Shown here piece by piece: positions 52,455 to 61,899 of a stretch of DNA of 64,000 nt (position 1 is its first letter; every line of letters begins with the position of its first letter). Both the position numbers and the translations under genes were made by a program. Source of the DNA: Escherichia phage KKE7M; sequence record PQ356295.1; one strand, given 5' to 3'. The notes beneath the pieces are model-generated. The model searched no databases. It saw only the letters and a program-made list of their open reading frames with translations, and had not been told where the DNA came from.

Positions 52455-53615
52455 ATGTTTACAGTATTCGGCAATCAAATCTTCCTGCGTCAGAAATCTG
52501 GTACAGATATTGAAGAAATTCCAGCAGGAACTTTTGGTGTAGGTGTTACTCAAAGTGGTGAGTTCTTCTTGTATCCTAAAAACGATATGGAAGTCCCTTC
52601 AGTAACATACGGTGATACTGATGATAAATCAGAACGTATTATCAAAACGTTCCTTAGCCGCAAAGGTAAAAACACAGGTGTTCTCCTTGAAGGTACGAAA
52701 GGTAGCGGTAAAACTTTGCAAGCTAAAATGCTGTCTTCTGCTCTTCGTGAAATGGGTATTCCTACTATTTCTATCGGTAGTGCTTTTAATGGTGAAGGCT
52801 TTATCAATTTTATGTCTAAAACCACACAACCTGTGATGATTATGATCGATGAATTTGATAAACTGTATGCTGAAAAAGATGCACAAGATGGTTTGCTTAC
52901 CCTGCTGGATGGTGTTGGTGGCTACGACAAACTGTTTGTATTGACTAAAAATGATGGTTATGTATCAGAATTTTTGCGTAATCGTCCTAGCCGTATTTTC
53001 TACAGTTTTAGCTATAAGAAACTACCTAAAGCTACTATGGATGATTATCTGGCTAAAAATCTGGAGAACAAAGCCTTCTTACCAGATTTTGAAACGCTTT
53101 ATAATCTCTCCGTGGATTTGAACTTTGATATTGTTCAGTCATTAGTAGAAGAACTTAACCGTTACCCTAATGACAAATTCTCTGATGCACTTGCATTGAT
53201 GGGTATCAGTATTACTGAACACCGCTATGCTGCAAAAGAGGTTAAACTTCTGAAAGTTAACGGTGTAGATCGTACAGGAGATGTTTCGGCAGATACCGAT
53301 ATTGACGGTATGACAGCACAAGGTTTGTTTAGCGGTAATCGTTATGTTGTAGCTGTAGACCATAAACTAGGTGAAGAGCATCTTCCTGAAATGGAAGGGA
53401 TCGTTACCGTAGAAGATAAAGATGAAGAAGGTGACTACTACTGGGGTGTAGACCGTATCTTGCTGACGTATGATGAAAAACACATTCGTACAATGGGTGG
53501 TGACGGTTATCACTTTATGTTCACCGATGATAAAGGTAACAACATTGAAGTTGTTATTAAAAACAAAGAACGTAAAAATTACACAGAGTATGTGTTTGGT
53601 GGTCGTTCTTACTAA
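52455..53615 (+). CDS. AAA-family ATPase (paralog 2)
   Basis: Walker A GTKGSGKT, Walker B IMIDEFDK, LLTLLDG ... LFVLTKN; paralog of 37349..38476. Confidence 0.8.
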   Translation: MFTVFGNQIFLRQKSGTDIEEIPAGTFGVGVTQSGEFFLYPKNDMEVPSVTYGDTDDKSERIIKTFLSRKGKNTGVLLEGTKGSGKTLQAKMLSSALREMGIPTISIGSAFNGEGFINFMSKTTQPVMIMIDEFDKLYAEKDAQDGLLTLLDGVGGYDKLFVLTKNDGYVSEFLRNRPSRIFYSFSYKKLPKATMDDYLAKNLENKAFLPDFETLYNLSVDLNFDIVQSLVEELNRYPNDKFSDALALMGISITEHRYAAKEVKLLKVNGVDRTGDVSADTDIDGMTAQGLFSGNRYVVAVDHKLGEEHLPEMEGIVTVEDKDEEGDYYWGVDRILLTYDEKHIRTMGGDGYHFMFTDDKGNNIEVVIKNKERKNYTEYVFGGRSY

Positions 53616-53623
53616 GTGATAAA

Positions 53624-53650
53624 AGGAGGCGAAAGCCTCCTTTATTTATA
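53624..53650 (+). terminator. rho-independent terminator
   Basis: GGAGGC-GAAA-GCCTCC hairpin followed by TTTATTT. Confidence 0.65.
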
Positions 53651-53661
53651 TGGAGGGTATT

Positions 53662-53853
53662 ATGGATCATTATTTTGTTTTTAAAGATAAAGTTGATACC
53701 GCAGGTGGTCACGTTGCTAAAAATGATCGTGACATTAAAGAAGTATTAGGAGATCTGATTAACATTTTAGAACAAAAAGAGTTGCTTTTAGATAAGGATA
53801 TTGCTAGACTTCTTGGTGTGGGGATAAGTGACATACAAAGATTACCATTCTAA
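53662..53853 (+). CDS. hypothetical protein (63 aa)
   Basis: TGGAGGGTATT RBS before internal ATG. Confidence 0.5.
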   Translation: MDHYFVFKDKVDTAGGHVAKNDRDIKEVLGDLINILEQKELLLDKDIARLLGVGISDIQRLPF

Positions 53854-53864
53854 AGGGGAAGAAA

Positions 53865-54020
53865 ATGCTTACAGATGATGAATATAAAGCTATCCAAGAA
53901 AAACTGACGGAGCTTGAAATTCTTGCTGTCAATATTAAAGATCAATCACATGCTGGAAAGTTACTACGTCAAGAGATTAATAAAATTAAGCAGATGATAT
54001 TCTTTTGGACGGAGGATTAA
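53865..54020 (+). CDS. small protein, 51 aa
   Basis: AAAGGGGAAGAAA RBS; stop 1 nt before next ATG; not in ORF track. Confidence 0.45.
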   Translation: MLTDDEYKAIQEKLTELEILAVNIKDQSHAGKLLRQEINKIKQMIFFWTED

Positions 54021-54021
54021 A

Positions 54022-54678
54022 ATGACTGTTAAGCATATTTCTTTTGATGTATGGAATACTCTTATTACTGCTAACCCTTTGTATGCAGAAGAGCGCAACA
54101 AGGTTATTGCCGAGTATGCCTCTTGTTCTGAGGTAGAAGCAGCTACCGTATATAAAGAGGTAAAAACTCTCCTGGATTTAAAAGCAGAAAAAGGCATTTG
54201 TGGAACATCTAGAAATGCTTGGGAAACACTTTCTGCTCATTTGAACATTGAGCTTGATAAAGTAGATGGGTTAAAAAGAGACTGTTTAGCAATGTTTATA
54301 AAACATCCTCCAACATTAAACCCTGAACTTTGCAAGAAGTTGGAAGAGCTAAGTTCAACCTATTCTTTGAGTATTAAGAGCAATACTAATTTTGTACCAG
54401 GTAGCTTCTTAGCTGTCTATTCTGGCTTGACAAAATTACCATTTGACTTTATGCATTTTTCTGATGAGTTTTGCTTGTGTAAACCAGATCCTAGGTTTTT
54501 TAAACTCTCTTTTGATGAAATGGTAACGTTTGATCTCGCACCAGAGGAGATCTTACACGTTGGAGATAGTTTGATTTATGATGGAAAAGCTGTTGACATA
54601 GGAATGAAGTTCTGTCATATTATTAATCCAGAAGACTTGTTGGCTAAACTTAAAAAAGAGGAACTTATTAATGCGTAA
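54022..54678 (+). CDS. HAD-superfamily hydrolase
   Basis: N-terminal ISFDVWNTLI (motif I with nucleophile Asp) and C-terminal HVGDSLIYDGKAVD (motif IV); GGAGGATTAAA RBS. Confidence 0.7.
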   Translation: MTVKHISFDVWNTLITANPLYAEERNKVIAEYASCSEVEAATVYKEVKTLLDLKAEKGICGTSRNAWETLSAHLNIELDKVDGLKRDCLAMFIKHPPTLNPELCKKLEELSSTYSLSIKSNTNFVPGSFLAVYSGLTKLPFDFMHFSDEFCLCKPDPRFFKLSFDEMVTFDLAPEEILHVGDSLIYDGKAVDIGMKFCHIINPEDLLAKLKKEELINA

Positions 54679-55528
54679 TCAAATTCAACATTTTGCTAAT
54701 ACTTTTACTAACCTGAAGGAAGCAAAATTTAACATTGCAGATTATTCCAAGCTAAAGTTTGGTAGTAACCAGGCAGCAAAAAGAATGGGGCGCATTCTGG
54801 CTGAAAGTTTCTTTTCTAAGTATGAAGAACGACTGGTAAATGAAAGTTTTGTTGTTATTCCATCTCCATATAACTATGTGAAAAATGCAGCTACAGTGTT
54901 ATCTGAACATTTTGTAGATCACCTCAACTACCTAATCTCTATCAAAGGAGGTAAAGCAGTGGAGTGGGATATCGTTCATCGTAAAGTGAGCTACATTAAT
55001 GATTATGGATTTCTTAGCAAAGAAGATCGTAAGGCTTTGATCGATGGTGACACTTTCTCTATCAATCGTGATTTCTGGGGTAATAAAACTCTGATTTTCA
55101 TTGATGATGTTAATATTACAGGAACACACGAAGAAAAACTTATTGAAATTTTAGACAAAGAAGGTGTTGAAAACGATACGTTTTTCCTGTACTTTGCAAA
55201 GTATGAAGGTACAGAAGCCAATACCGAAGCTGCACTTAACTTCAACTATATCAACAATCTGGCAGCTTTTATTAAAATGATTAAGCAAGAAACTGATGCT
55301 AAATGTTTGGTTCGTCCTATTAAGTATCTAATGAGTCAAAGCGAAGTTGATTTTAAAATTGCACTTTCACAACTTCCTTTGTATTATGTAGAACAACTGT
55401 TCTTTGGTTGCCTTGCAGAAGGTTACAATAACGTTGAAAAATACAAAGAGAACTTTGATTTCCTACGTCAATTTTTTGAAAGCAACATTATCAACAAATC
55501 TAATGTTAAAGGGGATTATTATGTCTAA
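54671..55528 (+). CDS. phosphoribosyltransferase (type I PRT fold) domain protein
   Basis: PRPP-binding loop TLIFIDDVNITGTHEEK; overlaps both neighbours. Confidence 0.7.
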   Translation: MRNQIQHFANTFTNLKEAKFNIADYSKLKFGSNQAAKRMGRILAESFFSKYEERLVNESFVVIPSPYNYVKNAATVLSEHFVDHLNYLISIKGGKAVEWDIVHRKVSYINDYGFLSKEDRKALIDGDTFSINRDFWGNKTLIFIDDVNITGTHEEKLIEILDKEGVENDTFFLYFAKYEGTEANTEAALNFNYINNLAAFIKMIKQETDAKCLVRPIKYLMSQSEVDFKIALSQLPLYYVEQLFFGCLAEGYNNVEKYKENFDFLRQFFESNIINKSNVKGDYYV

Positions 55529-56237
55529 TAAAGTAATGACTTTCGGAGATCCTATCACCAATATTACAGAAAAAGATTTTGGGCGTGTAGCAACAGATAA
55601 AGATGGTGTCTTAAGAATTCGTGTGCAAGGTATTACAGCACAGGATGAATACGCTGTGTATGTTTCAGGTCTTAACTATATTGATGATCGCATTACACAA
55701 AACTTTGCACTGATCGGTGGTGTAGAGAAAATGTACTGGGAAGATGAAATTGTAATAAGTTATCCAGCAGGTATCGTTGAGGTATACGGTGATCTTTTAG
55801 CAGCAGCCGAGAGAGGCGATATAGACGCTATAGCACACTGCTGTAACTGTTTTTGCACTATGGGTAGTGGTATTGCACCAAAAATTAAAAGCAAGTGGCC
55901 TGGTGCGTTTAAAGCAGATTGTGCCACTAAACGTGGTGATTATAAAAAATTAGGTACGTTTACCAAATATACAGAAAACAATTTGACAATTTATAATTTA
56001 TATGGACAATATGGTTATAGTAGTCGTGAGGAAGGTAAGCGTGACCTGAATTATGAAGCTATCTACAATGCGCTAGATAGTATGGGAGACGATGTTGTAT
56101 CTTCAGGCGGTAAAATTGTAGGTTTACCAATGCTTGGTTGTGGTTTGGCTGGAGGTTCTTGGAATATTGTAAAACTTATGATCGAAGAAACTCTAGTAAA
56201 CAAAGGTTTAAATGTAATTGTTTACAAACTGAAATAA
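55521..56237 (+). CDS. macro-domain-like (ADP-ribose binding/processing) protein
   Basis: DAIAHCCNCFCTMGSGIAPKI and later GLPMLGCGLAGGSW resemble the two glycine-rich macro-domain loops; about 80-aa N-terminal extension. Confidence 0.55.
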   Translation: MSNKVMTFGDPITNITEKDFGRVATDKDGVLRIRVQGITAQDEYAVYVSGLNYIDDRITQNFALIGGVEKMYWEDEIVISYPAGIVEVYGDLLAAAERGDIDAIAHCCNCFCTMGSGIAPKIKSKWPGAFKADCATKRGDYKKLGTFTKYTENNLTIYNLYGQYGYSSREEGKRDLNYEAIYNALDSMGDDVVSSGGKIVGLPMLGCGLAGGSWNIVKLMIEETLVNKGLNVIVYKLK

Positions 56238-56246
56238 GGAGAAAGT

Positions 56247-56453
56247 ATGGCAGGTGTTTTAGCAGTATTAGGTTGTTTTATTGTTGTGTTCTTGATTGTG
56301 TTAATCCCTAGTTGGCTACTGCTTTTAGCATACAATTATATGATTGACATTATCGGCTTAGACTGGCATCATGTTCCTGTAACGTTTTGGAGTGTAGTCT
56401 GTGTGACGTTCATTCTTGCGGTACTCCGTGGTATCTTTCAATCTAACAAATAA
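56247..56453 (+). CDS. small membrane protein (68 aa)
   Basis: AAGGAGAAAGT RBS; two TM helices. Confidence 0.55.
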   Translation: MAGVLAVLGCFIVVFLIVLIPSWLLLLAYNYMIDIIGLDWHHVPVTFWSVVCVTFILAVLRGIFQSNK

Positions 56454-56467
56454 GAGAGGATCTTTAT

Positions 56468-56716
56468 ATGCGTAAAGTAAATGTTGAAGTGCTTGAAAAA
56501 TTTATAAACACTCGTGATTGTACTATCGGCAAGGTTTACGAGGCTATTCTCATTGAAGATGGAGATGAAGTTCCTGCTCCGTATCATGCCTTTAATGGTC
56601 AGGTTAGCAAAGTGGAAGGTGGTCTTGCTATTTGCTTTATTGATGATGTAGGTGATGCTGTAGCTTTCCCTATCATTAACAAAGAAGATAAACTTAAAAT
56701 TACAGAACTGAACTAG
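56468..56716 (+). CDS. hypothetical protein (82 aa)
   Basis: AGAGAGGATC RBS. Confidence 0.55.
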   Translation: MRKVNVEVLEKFINTRDCTIGKVYEAILIEDGDEVPAPYHAFNGQVSKVEGGLAICFIDDVGDAVAFPIINKEDKLKITELN

Positions 56717-56793
56717 TTGACTTTCTTTAAAAACAGTTTATAGTATAAGACATAGAGCGGAGGATTGTCCTCCGCATTAAAGAGGAGAAGAGA

Positions 56794-57771
56794 ATGCAAC
56801 TGGGTTTCCCAATTATTGATGTGGTTGTTTTAGTGGGTATTTTAGTGTTGTCGATTTGTATTGATTTCTTTGGACACAGAGAAAACAAAGAGATTTCATT
56901 TAAATCGGCAGTTGGTTGGTCAATTTTCTGGATTGGGGTATCATTAGCCTACTATGGTTTTGTATACTTCCAACACGGTGCTGATTTTGCGAGCTTGTTC
57001 TTGAGTGGATATGTGTTGGAGAAATCTCTTTCTGTAGATAACTTAGTAGTATTTGTGGCAGTATTCGCAAGTTTTGGTATTAAAAGCACACACTTGCAAC
57101 ACAAGATTCTACTTTGGGGTATTGCAGGTGCGATTGTCTTCCGAGGTGTGTTTGTAGCAGTAGGCACTTACTTGTTGAGTTTGGGCTGGTATGTTAATAT
57201 CTTCTTCGGTGCGGTCATCCTTTTCTGTGCAGCTAAAATGGTATTCGCGGGAGATAATGACGCAGAAGTTGATTACTCTAAACACTGGGCTACTCGCATT
57301 GTTCGTAAGCTGTTCCCTGTATCTGATCAGATGGATGGTGAGAAGTTCTTCACAATCAAAAATGGTGTTCGTGTACCAACTCCGGCTCTGGTTTGTGTGT
57401 TTGTAATGGAAATGGTTGACGTAATCTTTGCAGTAGACTCTGTTCCAGCAGTAATTGCAGTGACACAAGAACCTCTGCTTGTATTTTCTTCAATGCTGTG
57501 TGCAATTTTAGGTCTACGTGCTCTGTTCTTTGTCCTTAGTGTTGCACTGAAGTATTTGGTTCATCTGGAGAAAGCAGTTATCGTAGTCCTGGTGTTTGTG
57601 GGTGTAAAACTGATGTATCACCCGTTTGCAGAAACTCTGCACGCAAAAGTCAGTTTCCTGCCAGCACACATTGATCCGACGATCAGTATGTATATTGTGT
57701 TAGGTACTCTTGGGCTGGGTGTTATTGCAAGTTTAATCTTCCCTGAAAAAGAAGACCAGACTGTTGCTTAA
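56794..57771 (+). CDS. terC: TerC-family integral membrane protein
   Basis: Multi-pass membrane protein with EKSLSVDNLVVF and AVDSVPAVIAVTQEPLLVFSSMLCAILGLRALFF TerC signatures; AGAGGAGAAG RBS. Confidence 0.8.
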   Translation: MQLGFPIIDVVVLVGILVLSICIDFFGHRENKEISFKSAVGWSIFWIGVSLAYYGFVYFQHGADFASLFLSGYVLEKSLSVDNLVVFVAVFASFGIKSTHLQHKILLWGIAGAIVFRGVFVAVGTYLLSLGWYVNIFFGAVILFCAAKMVFAGDNDAEVDYSKHWATRIVRKLFPVSDQMDGEKFFTIKNGVRVPTPALVCVFVMEMVDVIFAVDSVPAVIAVTQEPLLVFSSMLCAILGLRALFFVLSVALKYLVHLEKAVIVVLVFVGVKLMYHPFAETLHAKVSFLPAHIDPTISMYIVLGTLGLGVIASLIFPEKEDQTVA

Positions 57772-57777
57772 TTCATT

Positions 57778-57800
57778 AAGCCCCTTCGGGGGCTTTGTTG
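57778..57800 (+). terminator. rho-independent terminator
   Basis: AGCCCC-TTCG-GGGGCT hairpin followed by TTGTTG. Confidence 0.6.
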
Positions 57801-57810
57801 AGGTGATCTG

Positions 57811-58017
57811 ATGGTGGTTTTACGTGTTCTTTGGATTCTGTTTGAAAATATTTGTTTTGCTTTAGGGTTATTTTGTTTGATTTTTATCTTGACAACATAT
57901 ATTGATAACCATACAATTACTATCAACAGGAACGGAGAACAGATGTATTGTTTCTCTAGGGATTTTAAAAATTGTGTTGAGACTTTAAATGAGAGGGTTA
58001 CAAATGAAAAACATTAA
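57811..58017 (+). CDS. small membrane protein (68 aa)
   Basis: GAGGTGATCTG then ATG; hydrophobic N-terminus. Confidence 0.45.
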   Translation: MVVLRVLWILFENICFALGLFCLIFILTTYIDNHTITINRNGEQMYCFSRDFKNCVETLNERVTNEKH

Positions 58018-58594
58018 ATCTTTTATTGTTGCAGTTGTATTAGGTAGTGCATTGCTGGTAGGTTGTGATGATTCTGAAAATGTACAAAATCAACGTTACC
58101 AACAAACACCAAATCAGATGGTAGATGAACAATATGTGAATCAGCCTGCACCTCAAGTTGTTCAAGCAGCACCTGCACAACCTTCAACAGTTGTTGTGCA
58201 AGGAGGCGGCAGTGGTTCTTCTGGTGTAGGTGACTTTGCTACAGGTATGCTTCTTGGTCATATGTTGAGTGGTAACAGTGGCGGTGGTGGTTATAGAGAT
58301 GGTGGTAGCAATACAACCATTATTAATAACAATGCTGCCCCTACAACTAACAGTAAATCATATACAACACAAAAGCGTAGTTTTTATGATAAACCTGTAA
58401 ATACATATACAACCACTAAACAAAACACAATTAAGCAGCAAAGTGTACAAACGTATTCACGCCCATCAACAACAAAAGTGAATAGTGATTACTCTGCTCG
58501 TAAGTCTTACTCAAGTCCTATTAGCTCTTATAGTAAGTCTTCGAAAAGTTATTCTTCGTCGAAACGTAGTTTTAGTAGCTCACGTCGTCGTTAA
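58004..58594 (+). CDS. lipoprotein with glycine-zipper and Ser/Tyr/Lys-rich tail
   Basis: Signal peptide ending in lipobox LLVGC; GGGSGSSGVGDFATGMLLGHMLSGNSGGGG glycine zipper; low-complexity C-terminus. Confidence 0.6.
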   Translation: MKNIKSFIVAVVLGSALLVGCDDSENVQNQRYQQTPNQMVDEQYVNQPAPQVVQAAPAQPSTVVVQGGGSGSSGVGDFATGMLLGHMLSGNSGGGGYRDGGSNTTIINNNAAPTTNSKSYTTQKRSFYDKPVNTYTTTKQNTIKQQSVQTYSRPSTTKVNSDYSARKSYSSPISSYSKSSKSYSSSKRSFSSSRRR

Positions 58595-58629
58595 TAATTT
58601 AATACAGATTAAATAAGAAGGAGAAACAG

Positions 58630-59481
58630 ATGAAACTAGAAGTTGGTAAAGTGTATCGCCTGGAAGGTTGGATCTTTAATCAAGAAATTCTTGAGAAGAA
58701 TAAAGATGGTTTTGAGTTTGTTGGTACTACCAAAGAAAGTATGCACGATGACGAATATTGTAAATTCGTTGGTAAAAATACAGGTCAAGAACAATTTTGC
58801 TTTAAAAGCGCAATCGGTGATTATGCTTCTGTAATGCCAACACCAGAAAAAACTTCGAAGCCATATACTGTCTTTGGTGTAAAACTTGAAGAACTGGTAG
58901 AACACCCACGTTTTGAAGAGTTTAAGGTTGCTGCAATGTGCAAGCATTCTGAAATTAAGATACATAATTTGTTTGATTTAGAAGATCGTTTTGATATCTT
59001 TATGTATGATCGCAGGGGAAAGCATTTTGATGCAACGACTTCAAAATTTGCTGCAACAGAGGATATTAAAATCCTTGATGTTGATACCTTTCTTGATAGT
59101 GTATCGTTTGTATTCATTCCTAAGTACAAAAAACGTAGTGATCATAAACGTGTGAAAGGAACTCCTCGTAAGAAACGTACTGTAAACAAAGCAACTTTGC
59201 ATTTCACTTCTGGTGATAAGTATACTCTCAAAGGGTTTGAAAGTGTTTTGTATGATGCTGGAACGGGTAATATCAAGTTTATTATTAAGGCAACCTACAA
59301 AGGTACGGTATTGCACGAAGAGGCTGTTACACTGCCTGTATTCGATATCTCTCGTGTTGAGGTACGGGGTGTTAAAGAGTCCTTCGATCTGGATTTCTTA
59401 ACCACTAATGCTACTGGTTATGTTAATCTGGAAGCAGATGGAGCATTTATTACTACAAATTATTTAGATATGTTTGTTTAA
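58630..59481 (+). CDS. hypothetical protein (283 aa)
   Basis: AAGAAGGAGAAACAG RBS. Confidence 0.6.
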   Translation: MKLEVGKVYRLEGWIFNQEILEKNKDGFEFVGTTKESMHDDEYCKFVGKNTGQEQFCFKSAIGDYASVMPTPEKTSKPYTVFGVKLEELVEHPRFEEFKVAAMCKHSEIKIHNLFDLEDRFDIFMYDRRGKHFDATTSKFAATEDIKILDVDTFLDSVSFVFIPKYKKRSDHKRVKGTPRKKRTVNKATLHFTSGDKYTLKGFESVLYDAGTGNIKFIIKATYKGTVLHEEAVTLPVFDISRVEVRGVKESFDLDFLTTNATGYVNLEADGAFITTNYLDMFV

Positions 59482-59549
59482 TACTTAATTTGTGTTATGA
59501 TGGTGGTACAGAGGTATCACCATCTACTAAAGAATATGGAGGAAATTGA

Positions 59550-60653
59550 ATGTCCAGTCCTTTTATCAGTGCCGTAAAAAGCAAACCGTCTGAAATGAGT
59601 GTATTCACGGCAACAACAGAAAAAAGTAAGTCTTTGTTTGCTCCAAGTGCTATGGATGCAAGTCCTGTATATGCCCCTGCTGTTGCACGACCTGTACAAA
59701 TGCTGCCTCCAATGTCTCGTGAAGAGATTGAACAGGTTGGTGCTGATGCAGGACTTACTCTTCGTAACCTTAATGCTGAAGTGCTTAAACACCAGCGTTC
59801 ATCTCAGGGAGATGAAATGAGTGAACGTTTAACTGCACTTATTAAGCAAGCAAAGCAACTTGATCCTAATTCTATTAAACAATCTAAAGGTTTAGGTAAG
59901 TTAGTTAAGAAAGTATTAGGTATGAAAGAAGATTTGTTTGGAGAATTTGACACCATCAATAATCGTATTGAAGGTTTGGTAAAGACACTACAAACAGACT
60001 TGAAAAAAGAAGAAGATTCTTTACGATATCTGCAACGTTTAGAAGAGGCTATTGCAAAATATGCTCTTAGCTTAAACAGGGATATAGAGCTTCTAACAGC
60101 TACTTATGAAAAAGAAGAAGTTCGCCTTAATACACTACCTGAAAATGAAGTAGAAGAGCGTCAACGTACTCGTGATACTATGGATCTGCTTGAAATTCGT
60201 ATTGCAGACCTGAAAGCCTTGCGTTTACTGTGTGTTCAGATGGGGCCACGTGTACAAAGTATGCAGAAAGTATCTGCAAGTTTGATGCGATCAGCACGTA
60301 ACATTGTGAATAATGTTATCCCTGCTTACTCTGCAAACTTTTCTATGTATATTGAAAGTCTACGCCAGAAGAAAGCAGCCGATACGCAGAACAATGTACT
60401 GAATGAGTTTAATGCTGCTATTGCAATGGGTAGTGATCTGGCTGCACAAAACCAAATTGAAGCTACGCAACTTGCTAATCGTCAAGTATTGGATATTGAA
60501 ACATTACGTCGCGATCAAGAAAACTTAGTTAAAATGTTGGAAGAAACTAACCGAATCAACACTGAAGCCCGTGCTGCTCGTATTGATTACATTCAAGAAG
60601 TGCAATCTCTTGAAGATGGTATGATTCAAACTGTTAAACGTGGTCTACTTTAA
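59550..60653 (+). CDS. telA: TelA-like (toxic anion resistance family) coiled-coil protein
   Basis: About 370 aa, largely alpha-helical/coiled-coil, length and pattern consistent with TelA/KlaA; sits between TerC and TerD. Confidence 0.55.
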   Translation: MSSPFISAVKSKPSEMSVFTATTEKSKSLFAPSAMDASPVYAPAVARPVQMLPPMSREEIEQVGADAGLTLRNLNAEVLKHQRSSQGDEMSERLTALIKQAKQLDPNSIKQSKGLGKLVKKVLGMKEDLFGEFDTINNRIEGLVKTLQTDLKKEEDSLRYLQRLEEAIAKYALSLNRDIELLTATYEKEEVRLNTLPENEVEERQRTRDTMDLLEIRIADLKALRLLCVQMGPRVQSMQKVSASLMRSARNIVNNVIPAYSANFSMYIESLRQKKAADTQNNVLNEFNAAIAMGSDLAAQNQIEATQLANRQVLDIETLRRDQENLVKMLEETNRINTEARAARIDYIQEVQSLEDGMIQTVKRGLL

Positions 60654-60666
60654 GGAGAAATATATT

Positions 60667-60873
60667 ATGAATATTAAAATTTACAAACTGTCTGGTTCTA
60701 TGATCGCTGTCCAGTACGACAATGAAGATCGTTATGTTCTCCTCCAGGATGCTTGGTTAGATGATCCTAATGTATTTACTGTCCTGCGAGAACTACGTTC
60801 TGTCTATACCTATTCTTCTAAAGATGGTTTTGATAGTTCAACGATGGAATTGGTAAAAGAGGAGAATGTGTAA
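60667..60873 (+). CDS. hypothetical protein (68 aa)
   Basis: TAAGGAGAAATATATT RBS. Confidence 0.5.
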   Translation: MNIKIYKLSGSMIAVQYDNEDRYVLLQDAWLDDPNVFTVLRELRSVYTYSSKDGFDSSTMELVKEENV

Positions 60874-61073
60874 TGAGTAAAGATATTCACTTAACTCGTG
60901 AAGAGTTACAAACCATTATGGAAGATGCTTTCATTGATGGTTGGAAACAAGGTCAAGAGTCAGATTGGTATGATGCCGAAGATTTTTTGTATTATCATAT
61001 GACTGCACCTGTAGATGAGCAAACACACTCTGAAACAACTTTGGCTATAATTGATCTTAAGGCTGGTGTATAA
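60873..61073 (+). CDS. hypothetical acidic protein (66 aa)
   Basis: ATG overlaps upstream stop; GGAGAATG upstream. Confidence 0.5.
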   Translation: MSKDIHLTREELQTIMEDAFIDGWKQGQESDWYDAEDFLYYHMTAPVDEQTHSETTLAIIDLKAGV

Positions 61074-61636
61074 TGGGATGTTTTAGTTTCTTGTGCAAAG
61101 AATCTGGTCATGCTGCTCTTTCTACCTCTTTCGATGGCTCTCCTTGCTACCTATTTCTTTTGAAAGGTGGTAAAGTTGTTGAAGAGATGTATGGCAATTA
61201 TGATAGCTATGGTAGTGTTTTCTCTAACGAAGAAGATAAACATGGCAATCGTAAAAGATTCAAGTGGTCTATGCCTTGGGAAGAAGTTTGTAATTTGATG
61301 TTCTCTTCCGATCTTGGGGATGGTATTGCTATGGTGTTAGAAGAGCACTTTACAGGTGAGATCCCAACAGAAAGATCTGAAGAAGACCCTAACCAGGGCT
61401 GGGGTGATGGAGAAGAAGATCCAGATTGCTTCTTCAGCACTGAAAATAATAAATTTAAACGTGTTGACAATCCTTACCACAAAGTGCATAATACTTGCAT
61501 TGAGACAGAAGAAGACTCAAAGCTAGAAATTGAAGATGATTTAGTTGTAACTATCTCTTTAAACGAGTTGCAAAAGATCACCAGAGAGGCTTTCTATTTA
61601 GGCTTGAGAGCAGGTAAAGGAGAAGACAGTGCTTAA
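61073..61636 (+). CDS. hypothetical acidic protein (187 aa)
   Basis: TAATGG overlap with upstream gene. Confidence 0.55.
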   Translation: MGCFSFLCKESGHAALSTSFDGSPCYLFLLKGGKVVEEMYGNYDSYGSVFSNEEDKHGNRKRFKWSMPWEEVCNLMFSSDLGDGIAMVLEEHFTGEIPTERSEEDPNQGWGDGEEDPDCFFSTENNKFKRVDNPYHKVHNTCIETEEDSKLEIEDDLVVTISLNELQKITREAFYLGLRAGKGEDSA

Positions 61637-61898
61637 ATTTAATATCAAAGACGACAAATCAGATGAACCTAAATGTTTTGGAGAACTTGACGCAGGTGAT
61701 ACATTCGTATATTATGTTGCCTATCAAGATGCTGGTTTAGATACGTTCAGAAACTTAGTGTTTATTAAGGTTAATACAAACCAAGCAATGTGTCTGAATG
61801 GTTCACAAAGAGGTCAACTTAACTGTATTTTATATGATACAGAAGTAGTAGAAGTGGATTTAGAAGTTACTAACATTACACTCAGAAAGGAGAAATAA
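61629..61898 (+). CDS. hypothetical protein (89 aa), GTG start
   Basis: AAAGGAGAAGACA then GTG. Confidence 0.5.
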   Translation: MLKFNIKDDKSDEPKCFGELDAGDTFVYYVAYQDAGLDTFRNLVFIKVNTNQAMCLNGSQRGQLNCILYDTEVVEVDLEVTNITLRKEK

Positions 61899-61899
61899 T

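Noticed and set aside
56745-56775. GCGGAGG-ATTGT-CCTCCGC hairpin upstream of terC as a terminator
   Set aside because: No T-tract follows; it directly precedes the terC ribosome site, so more likely a leader structure or coincidental.
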